64,000 nucleotides of DNA, from the NCBI RefSeq assembly GCF_042688385.1, contig NZ_JBHUPY010000007.1, positions 130,110 through 194,109 on the forward strand, read 5' to 3'. Positions 48,591-58,596 of the stretch are shown piece by piece; position 1 is the first letter of the stretch; every line of letters begins with the position of its first letter. The notes under the pieces were generated by a model that worked only from the letters and a program-made list of their open reading frames with translations, was not told the origin of the DNA and made no database searches. Both the position numbers and the translations under genes were made by a program. The stretch comes from Herpetosiphon sp. NSE202 (lineage in GTDB: Bacteria > Chloroflexota > Chloroflexia > Chloroflexales > Herpetosiphonaceae).

Positions 48591-49475
48591 ATGGCTCATA
48601 CTCAAGGTTTGGTCGCAATCACCGGTGCAGCAGGTCAATTAGGACGCTTGGTTTTGCAAGAAGTATTGGCAAAAGTTGGGGCAAATCAAGTTGTAGCAAT
48701 CACCCGTGATCCAGCCAAATTGGCCGATGTTGCCGCTCAAGGCGTAAAAGTTGTCGCTGGCGATTTCAACGATCCAGCAAGTTTGACCGCTGCGTTGGCC
48801 GGAGTCGAACGAGTTTTGCTGATCAGCATCGATGTAGTTGGCAGCGAACGAGTGCGTTTGCAAACTGGTGCGGTAAAAGCAATCGCTGACGCTGGCGTGA
48901 AACACATCGTTTATACCTCAGCAACAAATCCTGCCGCAGCCCCAATGGAATTTGTGCGCGAACACGCTGCGACCGAGGAAGCAATTAAGGCCAGTAGCTT
49001 GAGCTACAGCTTCTTGCGCAATAACTTCTATTTTGAAACGATCACCGATAAGGTAAAAGGCGCTTTGGCAAGTGGCGTAATTGCCGCCGCCGCTGGCGAC
49101 GCTGCTGCTGGCTTGGTTGCCCGCGCCGATTGTGCTGCTGCCGCCGCTGCTGCCTTGGTGAGCGATAGCACCGCTTCAGAAGTGTACAACATTACTGGCC
49201 CGGTCAGCTTAACCCACAAAGCCATTGCTGAAACCGTCGCTGAATTTGCAGGCCGCGACGTGGTGTATCAGCCAATCGATGCCGCCAGCGCCCAACAACA
49301 ACTTGAGCAATACGGCCTGCCAGCGCCAGTTGCCGGTTTTGTCGTCGCCATCGATCACGATTTGATCGGCTCAGGCGCGTTGGATGTTGTGAGCAACGAT
49401 GTTGAGCGCTTGACTGGCAAACCAGCGCAATCATTGGGCGAATATCTTAACGCCAATCGGGCGTTGTTTAGCTAA
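48591..49475 (+). CDS. NmrA-like / atypical SDR NAD(P)-binding oxidoreductase
   Basis: Rossmann motif VAITGAAGQLGR at the N-terminus; divergently paired with a TetR gene (common arrangement). RBS GAGGTT before ATG 48591. Confidence 0.7.
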   Translation: MAHTQGLVAITGAAGQLGRLVLQEVLAKVGANQVVAITRDPAKLADVAAQGVKVVAGDFNDPASLTAALAGVERVLLISIDVVGSERVRLQTGAVKAIADAGVKHIVYTSATNPAAAPMEFVREHAATEEAIKASSLSYSFLRNNFYFETITDKVKGALASGVIAAAAGDAAAGLVARADCAAAAAAALVSDSTASEVYNITGPVSLTHKAIAETVAEFAGRDVVYQPIDAASAQQQLEQYGLPAPVAGFVVAIDHDLIGSGALDVVSNDVERLTGKPAQSLGEYLNANRALFS

Positions 49476-49747
49476 TTTCCCTCACCCCAACCCCTCTCCC
49501 GTCCAACGGGCGAGGGCTTTTTGATTCCGTGGTTTTCGAATGATTCAGCGACTCCCCCCTCTCCCGTGGCGCGGGCGAGGGGCTTTTGGTTGTGTGGGTT
49601 TGGCATGATTGGGGGTGAAAACGGGTGCTCCCCCTCGCCCGCGTTTTCGTGGGCGAGGGGGTTGGGGGGTGAGGGAACGCTCCACCACCGACCAATCGCT
49701 CAAAACCGACCCTTGAAAGAATGGGGCTGGGGGGTGAGGGAACTACA
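49476..49747. repeat. Mosaic intergenic repeat cluster 9 (G/C-rich hairpin modules x5)
   Basis: Alternating forward and reverse copies of CCCTCACCCCAACCCCTCTCCCGTCCAACGGGCGAGGG / CTCCCCCTCGCCCGCGTTTTCGTGGGCGAGGGGGTTGGGGGGTGAGGG. Confidence 0.85.
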
Positions 49748-50638
49748 CTATTTGCTGGTCGTAGGGTTATGAATTGGCAAGCCAACCACATTGCCCCATT
49801 CCGTCCATGAGCCGTCGTAATTGCGCACGTTTTTGTAGCCCAAGAGTTCGTGCAGCACAAACCACGTCAACGATGAGCGTTCGCCAATGCGGCAATAGAC
49901 CACAGTATCGCTTTCGGGCGTTACGCCAACATCGCCATACAATTGCGTAATTTCATCAGCGCTCTTGAAGGTGCCATCGTCGTTAACTGCTTTGGCCCAA
50001 GGCACATTGACCGCGCCTGGAATGTGGCCGCCACGCACCGCGCCTTCTTGAGGATATTCGGGCATGTGCAATTTTTTGCCAGTAAATTCATCGGGCGAGC
50101 GCACATCGACCAAGCTATGGCCTGCTGGCAAGTCAATTGCGGTTTGGCGGGCATTTGGGCGGCCAATATGGGCCAGCACATCATCGCGGAACGCGCGAAT
50201 TTCGGGCTTTGGTTCGCCAACAACATACTGGGTTGGCTCGAAGCTTGGCACCACCCGCGTCAATTCGCGGCCTTCGTCGATCCATTTTTTGCGCCCGCCG
50301 TTCATAATTTTGAGCTTTTCGTGGCCAAGCAATTGAAAAACCCAATAGGCATAGCAGGCCCACCAATTATTTTTATCGCCATAAAAAACGATGGTGGTGT
50401 CGTTGCTAATGCCAAAGCGGCTCAGCAGCGCAGCAAATGCATCGCCATCAATATAATCGCGAATCTGCACATCATTTAAATCATCTTGCCAATTGATTTT
50501 AACCGCGTTAGCGATATGGCCCATTTCATAGAGCAAAATATCTTCATCCGATTCAACCAAACGCACATCGGCATCGTTCAAATGCTCAGCAACCCAATCG
50601 GTGCTCACCAACACATCAGGATTCACGTAATCGCTCAT
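49748..50638 (-). CDS. sseA: Thiosulfate/3-mercaptopyruvate sulfurtransferase (tandem rhodanese domains)
   Basis: Two rhodanese domains; active-site CRIGERSS in the C-terminal domain. Confidence 0.85.
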   Translation of the reverse strand: MSDYVNPDVLVSTDWVAEHLNDADVRLVESDEDILLYEMGHIANAVKINWQDDLNDVQIRDYIDGDAFAALLSRFGISNDTTIVFYGDKNNWWACYAYWVFQLLGHEKLKIMNGGRKKWIDEGRELTRVVPSFEPTQYVVGEPKPEIRAFRDDVLAHIGRPNARQTAIDLPAGHSLVDVRSPDEFTGKKLHMPEYPQEGAVRGGHIPGAVNVPWAKAVNDDGTFKSADEITQLYGDVGVTPESDTVVYCRIGERSSLTWFVLHELLGYKNVRNYDGSWTEWGNVVGLPIHNPTTSK

Positions 50639-50665
50639 CGATTGCTCCTTTATTGAAATTAATAA

Positions 50666-50977
50666 TTAAGCTTCAAGCAAAATCTGATCGTTTTCGATTT
50701 TGAGGTTATAGACCTTCAATGGCTCGGTCGCTGGCAATGAGCGCGGGCGGCCACTGGCCAAATCAAAACGTGCGCCATGCAGCGGGCATTCGATTGTGCA
50801 ATCATCCTCATCCAACTCGCCTTCGTGCAATTCGGCGTAGGCATGGGTGCAAATGTTGCTGGTGGCAAAATACTGCGTGCCACAGCGAAAAATCCCCACT
50901 TGCTCGCCAGCAAAATCAACCTGAATCGCTGGCGTGTCGGCCAAATCGTGCAGCGTTGCAACAACTTGATAGCTCAT
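50666..50977 (-). CDS. Rieske [2Fe-2S] domain protein
   Basis: CTHAYAELH ... CPLHGARF (CxH...CxxH). Start moved to ATG 50977 with RBS AAGGA. Confidence 0.75.
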   Translation of the reverse strand: MSYQVVATLHDLADTPAIQVDFAGEQVGIFRCGTQYFATSNICTHAYAELHEGELDEDDCTIECPLHGARFDLASGRPRSLPATEPLKVYNLKIENDQILLEA

Positions 50978-51077
50978 CTCGTTATTCCTTAATTTATTAA
51001 CTAAATTGATTAACAATGATCGAGCAAAGAAAATGCCGAGGACGCAGGGTTTGCGCCTCGGCGTTGGTAGGCCAGCA

Positions 51078-52496
51078 CTAGCCGACCGAGCCTTCCATTT
51101 CCATTTGGATCAAGCGGTTCAATTCGACAGCGTATTCCATGGGCAATTCACGGGTGAATGGCTCCATAAAGCCCAATACAATCATCGAAAGTGCTTCGGC
51201 TTCGTCGAGGCCGCGGCTCATCAGATAGAACAATTGCTCTTCGCCGATTTTGCCGACGGTTGCTTCGTGGGCCACAGTCGCTGAATCTTCCTCGATCTCG
51301 ATGTAGGGAATCGTATCCGAGGCTGAGCGATCGTCGAGAATCAAGGCATCACAGACCACGTTGATTTTGGCGTTGTGTGCGCCCCGTTGAACTTTGGCCA
51401 ACCCACGATAGGTTGTGCGACCGCCGTTCTTCGAGACTGATTTGTTGGTGATGCGGCTGGTGGTGTCGGGAGCGCCGTGCACCATTTTGGCCCCAGCGTC
51501 TTGATGTTGGCCTTCGCCAGCGTAGGCAACTGAGAGCACCTCGCCCTTTGCGCCGCGACCCATCATGTAGACTGCTGGATACTTCATGGTCAACTTCGAG
51601 CCAATGTTGCCATCAACCCATTCCATCGAAGCATCTTCGTAGGCAACAGCGCGTTTGGTCACCAAATTGAAAATGTTGTTGGCCCAGTTTTGAATCGTGG
51701 TATAGCGGCATTTACCACCTTTCTTCACGATAATTTCCACCACTGCTGAGTGCAGCGAGTTGGTGCTATAGACTGGCGCGGTACAACCTTCGATATAGTG
51801 AACTTCTGCGCCTTCATCGACGATAATCAAGGTACGTTCGAATTGGCCCATGTTTTCAGCATTGATGCGGAAATAGGCTTGCAATGGAATATCGACCTTG
51901 ACACCTTTTGGCACATACACGAACGAGCCACCAGACCAAACTGCTGTGTTCAAAGCAGCAAATTTGTTATCGGCTGAAGGAATGATCGTGCCGAAATATT
52001 CCTTGAATAACTCAGGATATTCTTTCAAACCTGTGTCAGTGTCAAGGAAAATTACGCCCAGTTTTTCCCACTCTTCGCGCAACGAGTGGTAAACAACTTC
52101 TGATTCGTATTGAGCGCCAACGCCAGCCAAGAACTTGCGTTCGGCTTCAGGAATACCCAATTTTTCAAAGGTATTCTTGATATTTTCTGGCACATCGTCC
52201 CAGCTATTTTCGGCCCGTTCGCCAGGCCGCACATAATAGTGAATATCTTGGAAATCCAACTCAGCCAAGCGTGGGTTGGCCCACACGCCACTGACTGGCA
52301 GTGGTTTTTTATGGAAAATTTCCAGCGCCTTCAAGCGGCGTTGCAACATCCATTCAGGTTCGCCCTTCATTTCCGAGATCGTGCGCACAATATCGGCATT
52401 CAGACCTTTTGAAGATTTGAATGTATAGTTCTCTTCGTCGCGAAAGCCGTACTTCGAGTAATCAAACTCGATCTCGTTTTGTGCAGGGTTGGACAT
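51078..52496 (-). CDS. sufB: Fe-S cluster assembly protein SufB
   Basis: 472 aa, SufB/SufD beta-helix family with SufB-specific N-terminus ([18 protein letters not shown]). Confidence 0.9.
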   Translation of the reverse strand: MSNPAQNEIEFDYSKYGFRDEENYTFKSSKGLNADIVRTISEMKGEPEWMLQRRLKALEIFHKKPLPVSGVWANPRLAELDFQDIHYYVRPGERAENSWDDVPENIKNTFEKLGIPEAERKFLAGVGAQYESEVVYHSLREEWEKLGVIFLDTDTGLKEYPELFKEYFGTIIPSADNKFAALNTAVWSGGSFVYVPKGVKVDIPLQAYFRINAENMGQFERTLIIVDEGAEVHYIEGCTAPVYSTNSLHSAVVEIIVKKGGKCRYTTIQNWANNIFNLVTKRAVAYEDASMEWVDGNIGSKLTMKYPAVYMMGRGAKGEVLSVAYAGEGQHQDAGAKMVHGAPDTTSRITNKSVSKNGGRTTYRGLAKVQRGAHNAKINVVCDALILDDRSASDTIPYIEIEEDSATVAHEATVGKIGEEQLFYLMSRGLDEAEALSMIVLGFMEPFTRELPMEYAVELNRLIQMEMEGSVG

Positions 52497-52519
52497 GCCC
52501 TGAGCCTCCTATAGTGTGA

Positions 52520-52750
52520 TCACGAATAAGTGATGAGATTACTTGATTCAGAATCTTGCAATTCTGTTTCCAGATGCTGCCATTCATTAGCAGAAAATTC
52601 AGCTAGTGTCGTAGCAATTGATTGTTGATAATGCTGCTCACGCCATCGTTCTATCAGTGCATAGATTACCCATAGAACAAGTGCTACTCCAGCCAATCTA
52701 CCAACGCGAACGATGGTAATTAATGCTGAGTGCGGAGCAAGATGGCTCAA
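52520..52750 (-). CDS. Small hypothetical membrane protein between sufU and sufB
   Basis: 76-aa ORF with one TM helix (LAGVALVLWVIYALI). 4-nt overlap with sufU. Confidence 0.3.
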   Translation of the reverse strand: MSHLAPHSALITIVRVGRLAGVALVLWVIYALIERWREQHYQQSIATTLAEFSANEWQHLETELQDSESSNLITYS

Positions 52751-53142
52751 AGGCTATCCTCATCGTCGTCTACGAGATTGACCCCGTAGAGACCGGCTTT
52801 GAGCGTTTTGAGCGAGAGCAAGGCGCATTTCAGCCGCACAGGCCCAATCGGTATCCCCAATAAATCGAGGATGGTTTGTTTATCAAAGGCTTTGGCTTCG
52901 TCGACGCTTTTGCCAGTGAGTTCTTCGCTGAGCATCGAGGCTGAAGCTTGGCTGATTGCGCAGCCTTTACCTTTAAATTTTACATCAACAATTCGCTCGT
53001 TTTCGACCAATAAATAAATGCTGAGTTGATCGCCACACAACGGGTTATGCTCATGTTGCACAATCGTTGCTTGCTCAAGCTCGCCGTAATTTCGCGGATG
53101 GCGATAGTGATCTAATATATTTTCACGATATAAATCGTCCAC
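52747..53142 (-). CDS. sufU: SufU/IscU-like Fe-S cluster scaffold (SufE-like sulfur acceptor)
   Basis: NPLCGDQL and GCAISQASAS conserved Cys motifs. Confidence 0.8.
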   Translation of the reverse strand: MDDLYRENILDHYRHPRNYGELEQATIVQHEHNPLCGDQLSIYLLVENERIVDVKFKGKGCAISQASASMLSEELTGKSVDEAKAFDKQTILDLLGIPIGPVRLKCALLSLKTLKAGLYGVNLVDDDEDSL

Positions 53143-53148
53143 AATGCC

Positions 53149-54387
53149 TCACAGTTGGAAGGTGTCGCGCGCCAAAACCAAGGCTTCAGCCAAACGATCA
53201 ATTTCTTCCTCAAGCGTGTATAAGTAGAATGATGCACGCACCGTTGCTGGTACGCCAAAAATATCGTGCAATGGATGGGTACAATGATGCCCAGCCCGCA
53301 CCGCAATGCCCTGTGTATCGAGGATTGCCGCCACATCGTGGGCATGCACTCCAGCCAAGGTAAAGCTCAACAAGCCACCGCGCTCAGCAGCAGGCGGACC
53401 AAAAATGGTCAGCCCATCGATGGCGCTGAGTTTATCCCAAGCGTAGTGGGTCAATTGGCGTTCGCGCTCGTGAATCGCCTCCATCCCAAGCCCATTCAAG
53501 AAGTCAATCGCCGCGCCAAGGCCAATCGCCTCGGCAATCGCTGGCGTGCCTGCCTCGAATTTCCATGGGAGGTCGTTCCATGAGCTTTCGCGCAACCCAA
53601 CCCGTTTGATCATATCGCCGCCGCCCATAAACGGTGGCATCGCTTCAAGTAATTCGCGCCGCGCCCACAGCACGCCAATGCCAGTTGGCCCGCACATTTT
53701 ATGCCCCGAAAAGGCCAGAAAATCGCAGCCAAGCGCTTGCACATTGACTGGAATATGCGGCACACTTTGCGCTCCATCGAGCAGAACCAAGGCCCCAACC
53801 TGCTTGGCGGCGGCAATCACCTGTTCAACTGGATTGATCGTGCCCAGCACATTCGACATATGGGTCATGGCTACGAGTTTGGTGCGTTCAGTCAATAATT
53901 GCTCAAGATTGCTCAGCTCAAGCCGACCTTGGGCATCAAGCTCGATAAAATCAAGCTCTACGCCAATTTGGGCCGCCAGTAATTGCCATGGCACCAAATT
54001 CGAGTGATGTTCGCTGACCGTGAGCAAAATCCGGTCGCCAGCTTGGAGATTGGCACGGCCCCAGCTTTGGGCAACCAAATTGATTGCTTCGGTGGCGTTG
54101 CGGGTAAAAATAATTTCCTTGGTCGATTTCGCGCCAATAAAGCGGCCAATCGTGCGGCGTGTGCCTTCATAGGCTTCGGTCGCCGCTTCGCTAATCTGAT
54201 ACACGCCCCGATGCACATTCGCATTAATCGTGCGATAGTAGCGATCCATCGCATTGAGCACAGCCAGCGGCTTTTGCGCAGTTGCAGTGCTATCCAAATA
54301 GGCTAGGCGATGGCCGTTAATCGATTGATCCAAGAGCGGAAATTGCTCGCGAATGGCGTTAATATCAAGGGTTGTTTGTACAGACAT
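53149..54387 (-). CDS. sufS: Cysteine desulfurase SufS (class II aminotransferase)
   Basis: PLP-lysine region FSGHKMCGPTGIGVL, catalytic Cys RAGHHCTHPL. 412 aa. Confidence 0.9.
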   Translation of the reverse strand: MSVQTTLDINAIREQFPLLDQSINGHRLAYLDSTATAQKPLAVLNAMDRYYRTINANVHRGVYQISEAATEAYEGTRRTIGRFIGAKSTKEIIFTRNATEAINLVAQSWGRANLQAGDRILLTVSEHHSNLVPWQLLAAQIGVELDFIELDAQGRLELSNLEQLLTERTKLVAMTHMSNVLGTINPVEQVIAAAKQVGALVLLDGAQSVPHIPVNVQALGCDFLAFSGHKMCGPTGIGVLWARRELLEAMPPFMGGGDMIKRVGLRESSWNDLPWKFEAGTPAIAEAIGLGAAIDFLNGLGMEAIHERERQLTHYAWDKLSAIDGLTIFGPPAAERGGLLSFTLAGVHAHDVAAILDTQGIAVRAGHHCTHPLHDIFGVPATVRASFYLYTLEEEIDRLAEALVLARDTFQL

Positions 54388-54399
54388 AACTCACCAATA

Positions 54400-54540
54400 T
54401 CCGATCGACAAAGGACACGAAGCAGAGAAACCGCGAAGAGCACCAAGAATTGCTTTTTGATCCAAGAAGGACACGAAGAGCACGAATGTTTAGATTTGGC
54501 GCTTCGGTCAGGGTTCATAGGCAATTAATGGGTTGGGATG
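54400..54540. repeat. Mosaic repeat cluster 10a (CACGAAG modules) 3' of the GxxExxY pseudogene
   Basis: AGGACACGAAGCAGAGAAACCGCGAAGAGCACCAAGAA ... AGGACACGAAGAGCACGAATG. Confidence 0.8.
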
Positions 54541-54919
54541 TCAACGAACTAAACGTTTCCATTCCAACTTGCTCAGGCTGCCAAAATTAATCAATAGGCC
54601 AACCCGAAACTGGGTTGCTTTGAGATAATTAATCAGTTGCGCTTCTTCGAGCGTTGTCAAACGATTCAGCGCTTTTAGCTCAACAATAATTTGGTTGTAA
54701 CAAATAAAATCAGCAATATTAGGTTTTTTGGAGTAATTGCTGTTTGTAGCGAATTGCTAAAGATGCTTGGGCTGCGAATTGAATTTGGCGTTGAGTCAAT
54801 TCCAATTCAAGTGCTTCTTGGTACACTGCCTCTAAGAAACCACTGCCCAACTCGCGATGCACTTCTATCGCCGCTCCAACCACAGCGAACACTTCATCGG
54901 CCAAAAGAATCGTTGCCAT
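54541..54919 (-). pseudogene. Frameshifted GxxExxY (PD-(D/E)XK, PDDEXK_3-type) gene inserted within the suf operon
   Basis: The 5' part (54719-54919) encodes ...GSGFLEAVYQEALELEL...YKQQLL. The 3' part (54541-54720, other frame) encodes [59 protein letters not shown]. Total span is 379 nt (not a multiple of 3), so there is a frameshift near 54720. Confidence 0.7.
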
Positions 54920-55125
54920 CCACGCCTCCCAAAAACAGTTGGTTCCGAATTACTAGATACACAAACCAACTATTTTTGGGATGGCACAAAAAACAAACTT
55001 CGTGTCCTTGGTGCTCTTCGTGGATCACATCATTAAACTTCATCGACCAACAAATCATTTTCATCCACTTGTGAATCACACAAAAAACAAACTTCGTGTC
55101 CTTCGTGCCCTTCGTGGATCAAAAC
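54920..55125. repeat. Mosaic repeat cluster 10b with 17-bp-stem hairpin, 5' of the GxxExxY pseudogene
   Basis: Hairpin CCCAAAAACAGTTGGTT ... AACCAACTATTTTTGGG (54928-54980); CTTCGTGTCCTTGGTGCTCTTCGTGGATC and CTTCGTGTCCTTCGTGCCCTTCGTGGATC modules. Confidence 0.8.
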
Positions 55126-56316
55126 TTAGACTTTTTCGGCGACGATGGTTTCGACGCGTTCGCGTACAGCTTCGTCAGGAATCATATCGATGATTTCGCC
55201 GACAAAGCCCAACACGATCGTGCGCTTGGCTTCGGCAAATGGCAAACCGCGTGATTGCAGATAGAACAACTGCTCTTCGTCGATTTGGCCGCTGGTCGAG
55301 CCGTGGCCTGCCTTAACTTCGTTGGCATCAATCTCCAAACCTGGAATTGAATCCGAGCGTGAAGTTTTGCTCAAGTGCAAGGCATTTTCGCGCAAGTCGG
55401 AGTTGGTACCTTGGCCAGTGGCGGGTATTTTCACCATGCCATCGAAAACAGCATAGGCTTCATCATCAACCACGGTTTTGAAGTTAATTTGACCTTCGGT
55501 GTTCAAGCCAATGTGATTCAGTTTGGGTGCAACAAGCAAGTTTTGCTTGCCATTGCCATACAACAACCCATTCCAATTGACGCTTGAACCATTGCCGCTC
55601 AAATTGGCTTCCAAGGTAACGTGCTGCACAGCGCTGCCAACCACCACATTCAACCATTCTGCTTGGGCATCGCGGTTGATGCGGATTTGTTGGCTACCGA
55701 GCACATAGACATTGCTGTTCAGAATTTGTACGCTGCTGAAATTAACTTGGCCACCATCGCCAACCTCAATTTCAACTCCAGTCAAAACCACTGCGCTGGC
55801 ATCAAAATCAGCTGAGCTAATTTCTTCGATCACATTGATCGAGCTATGGCGCTCGGTCACGATCAGCGTGCGGGGCGCGACAATTGTGCCAGCCTTAGCG
55901 ACGTGATAGCGAATTCGTACCAATTCTTCGACCACAACATCTTTGGCAACGTGGATGAAAAGCCCACCGTTGACCAAGGCATTGTTGAGCGCTGAATAGG
56001 GATCGCGGCTGGTTTGCACAGCGCTGCCAAGCACCCGTTGCACCAACTCGGCATGGCTTTGAATCGCTTCAGCCAATGGCAAAATCGTTACGCCTTCAGC
56101 GCCAGCAAATTCAACCGAAACTTCGGCTTCAGCAACGCTATAATCGGCCAGATTAAAGCCCTTGAGGTTGGTTCGTCGCCAATCTGGTTGCTCGGCGGTT
56201 TCGAATGCTTGCCATGCTTCGCGGCGGCGGCTCGTGAGCCATTCTGGCTCGTTGCGGCTGGCCAGCAAGGCCTCAAATTGCGCCACATCAAAGGTAGATT
56301 GCAAATTAGCTGGCAT
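55126..56316 (-). CDS. sufD: Fe-S cluster assembly protein SufD
   Basis: SufB/SufD family without SufB's N-terminal region. Start moved to ATG 56316 (MPANLQST), overlapping the sufC stop by 11 nt. Confidence 0.85.
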   Translation of the reverse strand: MPANLQSTFDVAQFEALLASRNEPEWLTSRRREAWQAFETAEQPDWRRTNLKGFNLADYSVAEAEVSVEFAGAEGVTILPLAEAIQSHAELVQRVLGSAVQTSRDPYSALNNALVNGGLFIHVAKDVVVEELVRIRYHVAKAGTIVAPRTLIVTERHSSINVIEEISSADFDASAVVLTGVEIEVGDGGQVNFSSVQILNSNVYVLGSQQIRINRDAQAEWLNVVVGSAVQHVTLEANLSGNGSSVNWNGLLYGNGKQNLLVAPKLNHIGLNTEGQINFKTVVDDEAYAVFDGMVKIPATGQGTNSDLRENALHLSKTSRSDSIPGLEIDANEVKAGHGSTSGQIDEEQLFYLQSRGLPFAEAKRTIVLGFVGEIIDMIPDEAVRERVETIVAEKV

Positions 56317-57112
56317 TGCCAAACACTTCCTCTCGAATGAAATCGTAGCCTTTTTCTTCGAGTTCCAAAGCCATTTCAGGGCCACCTTCGCGCACAATTT
56401 GGCCGTTCATCAAAACGTGCACATAATCGGGCTTGATGTAGTTGAGCAAGCGTTGGTAGTGAGTGATGACCAACACGCCAAGTTCAGGCTTTTCGGCTTT
56501 AACTTTGTTGACACCTTCGGCCACAATTTTCAATGCGTCGATGTCAAGCCCTGAGTCGGTTTCGTCCATGATTGAGATTGAAGGCTGCAACATGGCCATT
56601 TGCAAAATTTCAAGCCGTTTCTTTTCGCCACCAGAGAAACCTTCGTTCAAATAGCGGCGGGCAAAATCAGGAGCCATTTCCAACATATCCATGCGCGATT
56701 TGATCACTTTGCGATATTCGGCCATTGGAATGGCGGTCGACTTTGGATCAACGCCTTCTTGAGCGCGATGAGCGTTCAAGGCTGCGCGCAAGAAGTTGGC
56801 AACAGTTACGCCTGCAACCGCGACTGGATATTGAAATGCAAGGAACAAGCCCAATTTTGAACGATCGTTTGGTTCGAGGTCAAGCACATCTTGGCCTTTG
56901 TACCAAACTTCGCCTTCGGTCACTTCGTAGCGTGGGTGACCAGCGAGGGTATATGCCAAGGTCGACTTGCCTGAGCCATTTGGCCCCATGATGGCGTGAA
57001 TTTTGCCTTCTTCGATGGTCAGATTAATACCTTTGAGAATTTCTTTGCCATCGACCGCAACGTGCAAGTTGCGAATGACCAAATTGTTGGCGCTCATGAC
57101 ACTCCTATTCAA
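56306..57112 (-). CDS. sufC: Fe-S cluster assembly ATPase SufC
   Basis: Walker A GPNGSGKST, signature FSGGEKKR, Walker B ISIMDETDSGLD. Confidence 0.9.
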   Translation of the reverse strand: MNRSVMSANNLVIRNLHVAVDGKEILKGINLTIEEGKIHAIMGPNGSGKSTLAYTLAGHPRYEVTEGEVWYKGQDVLDLEPNDRSKLGLFLAFQYPVAVAGVTVANFLRAALNAHRAQEGVDPKSTAIPMAEYRKVIKSRMDMLEMAPDFARRYLNEGFSGGEKKRLEILQMAMLQPSISIMDETDSGLDIDALKIVAEGVNKVKAEKPELGVLVITHYQRLLNYIKPDYVHVLMNGQIVREGGPEMALELEEKGYDFIREEVFGNAS

Positions 57113-57169
57113 GATTGCTATTCAAGACAACAGCATGGCATGCCCCTGCATTACCAGCCGCCAAAGAAC

Positions 57170-57832
57170 TTAGTTATGCTTCTCGATCCCAATCTCATCG
57201 GCTTTAATCACAAAGTGACAGCCGTTATGACCTTCGACCATGCGGCGTTGAATTTCAACTTCATGGCCGAGTGCAGTTTCCATCATTTGGCGTTCCATGC
57301 TACACAAGCTATCGTGGGTTTGCGCGACCTCAAAATAGGGGCAGGCATACTCACTCACCACCCAACCACCACCAGGCGATTCGGCGACATTAATCGACAT
57401 ACCTTTGCGGTTCATCGTGTAGACAAATTGCATCAAGCGCTCACGCAAGGCCACGTTGGCTGGATGATCGCCCGTGTAGAGCGTTGCCAAGCGCGTACCA
57501 ACCCGACTGAGCAATTGAGCCATACCCTCTGGGCCTTCGGTTGCCAAAATTTCTTCGAGCAACACATTGAGTAACACATCGTAGCCCTTGGGAAACAGCG
57601 ATTGCGCCTTAGCAGTCAGGGTGTAGCGATAGGAAGGACGGCCTGGGCCTTGGCGAATCTTGCTTGGGCTAATGAGGCCTTGGTTGGTGAGATGAGTTAG
57701 TTGTTCGCGCACCGCAGTTGTGCTCACAGCCAGCGCATCTTCCAATTCCTTGACAGTCGCTGAACCTTTACGCTGAATGTAGCTCACAATATCGCCGGCG
57801 GGCGTTCCTTCTCGGATACCAAACACGGTCAT
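57170..57832 (-). CDS. sufR: SufR-like Fe-S-responsive transcriptional repressor (ArsR-type wHTH + C-terminal Cys cluster)
   Basis: N-terminal winged HTH (IVSYIQRKGSATVKELEDALAVSTTAVREQLTHL); C-terminal Cys residues (ACPYF...C...C...C). First gene of the suf cluster. Confidence 0.6.
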   Translation of the reverse strand: MTVFGIREGTPAGDIVSYIQRKGSATVKELEDALAVSTTAVREQLTHLTNQGLISPSKIRQGPGRPSYRYTLTAKAQSLFPKGYDVLLNVLLEEILATEGPEGMAQLLSRVGTRLATLYTGDHPANVALRERLMQFVYTMNRKGMSINVAESPGGGWVVSEYACPYFEVAQTHDSLCSMERQMMETALGHEVEIQRRMVEGHNGCHFVIKADEIGIEKHN

Positions 57833-58064
57833 AGATACCTCGCATGTTGCCTTTGACCATACCGTTGCATGGTTCGTTATTGAGAATGATTATAAATCGA
57901 GAATCATTTTCTGTCAATAAAATCGGAAAAAACTGTGTTTATTCGTATCTTCGGCCTGTTTTAAACCAAAATAAGCCCATTGCAGGGCAGATTTGGGGCA
58001 ATAACCATACCAATGCTTGCGCAATGCAGCCTAGGCGGCTGCAAAAACGTTGATGAGAAGTTGA

Positions 58065-58460
58065 TTAAGCGGCCAATAGTTCTTGGTGCAAGCGTTGGAG
58101 TTGGGCAATTGTGCGTTGGGTGCGTGGGTGTTGCTCGCCAAAACGGGCCAGATCGCCTTGCAAACGCACCTCGACGGTTTGCAAATTGCGCCGCCGATTG
58201 AGCCAACGCTGATAGTGGGCGGTGGCATGCCGATAGACTGCTTGGGCTTGAGCAAGCACAGGGTTGCCATACATTGCGCCAATCAAGCACCACAAATGTT
58301 TATCGCTGGCCAAGGGACGCAAATTGGCAGGGTTATGCCGCCATGCTTTGAGCAAACGGGTATTGGCGTTGACCGCACTGCGAATTTGCTCGGCCTCACT
58401 TGAGGAATAGTGTTCAGCAAACCATTGCAATACCGCTTCGATTCCCGTTACTGGATGCAT
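58065..58460 (-). CDS. Hypothetical protein
   Basis: ORF with strong RBS AGGAGG before ATG 58460. Basic/helical, no recognisable motif. Confidence 0.35.
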   Translation of the reverse strand: MHPVTGIEAVLQWFAEHYSSSEAEQIRSAVNANTRLLKAWRHNPANLRPLASDKHLWCLIGAMYGNPVLAQAQAVYRHATAHYQRWLNRRRNLQTVEVRLQGDLARFGEQHPRTQRTIAQLQRLHQELLAA

Positions 58461-58596
58461 TGCAGACCTCCTAACCAATGTTGGTTTGAGCATAGCAGCA
58501 CGTTGTGACAACAACTGTCACAAGTTTTTGTCACAATTTCGATTCAGGGGTATAGTTGCGCTCTATTGAAGGCTTGCTGTTGAAAGGAAGATCGAC

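Noticed and set aside
52520-52750. Possible toxin-antitoxin or regulatory small gene between sufU and sufB
   Set aside because: A single small TM ORF with no partner and no recognisable TA motif. Kept only as a low-confidence hypothetical CDS.
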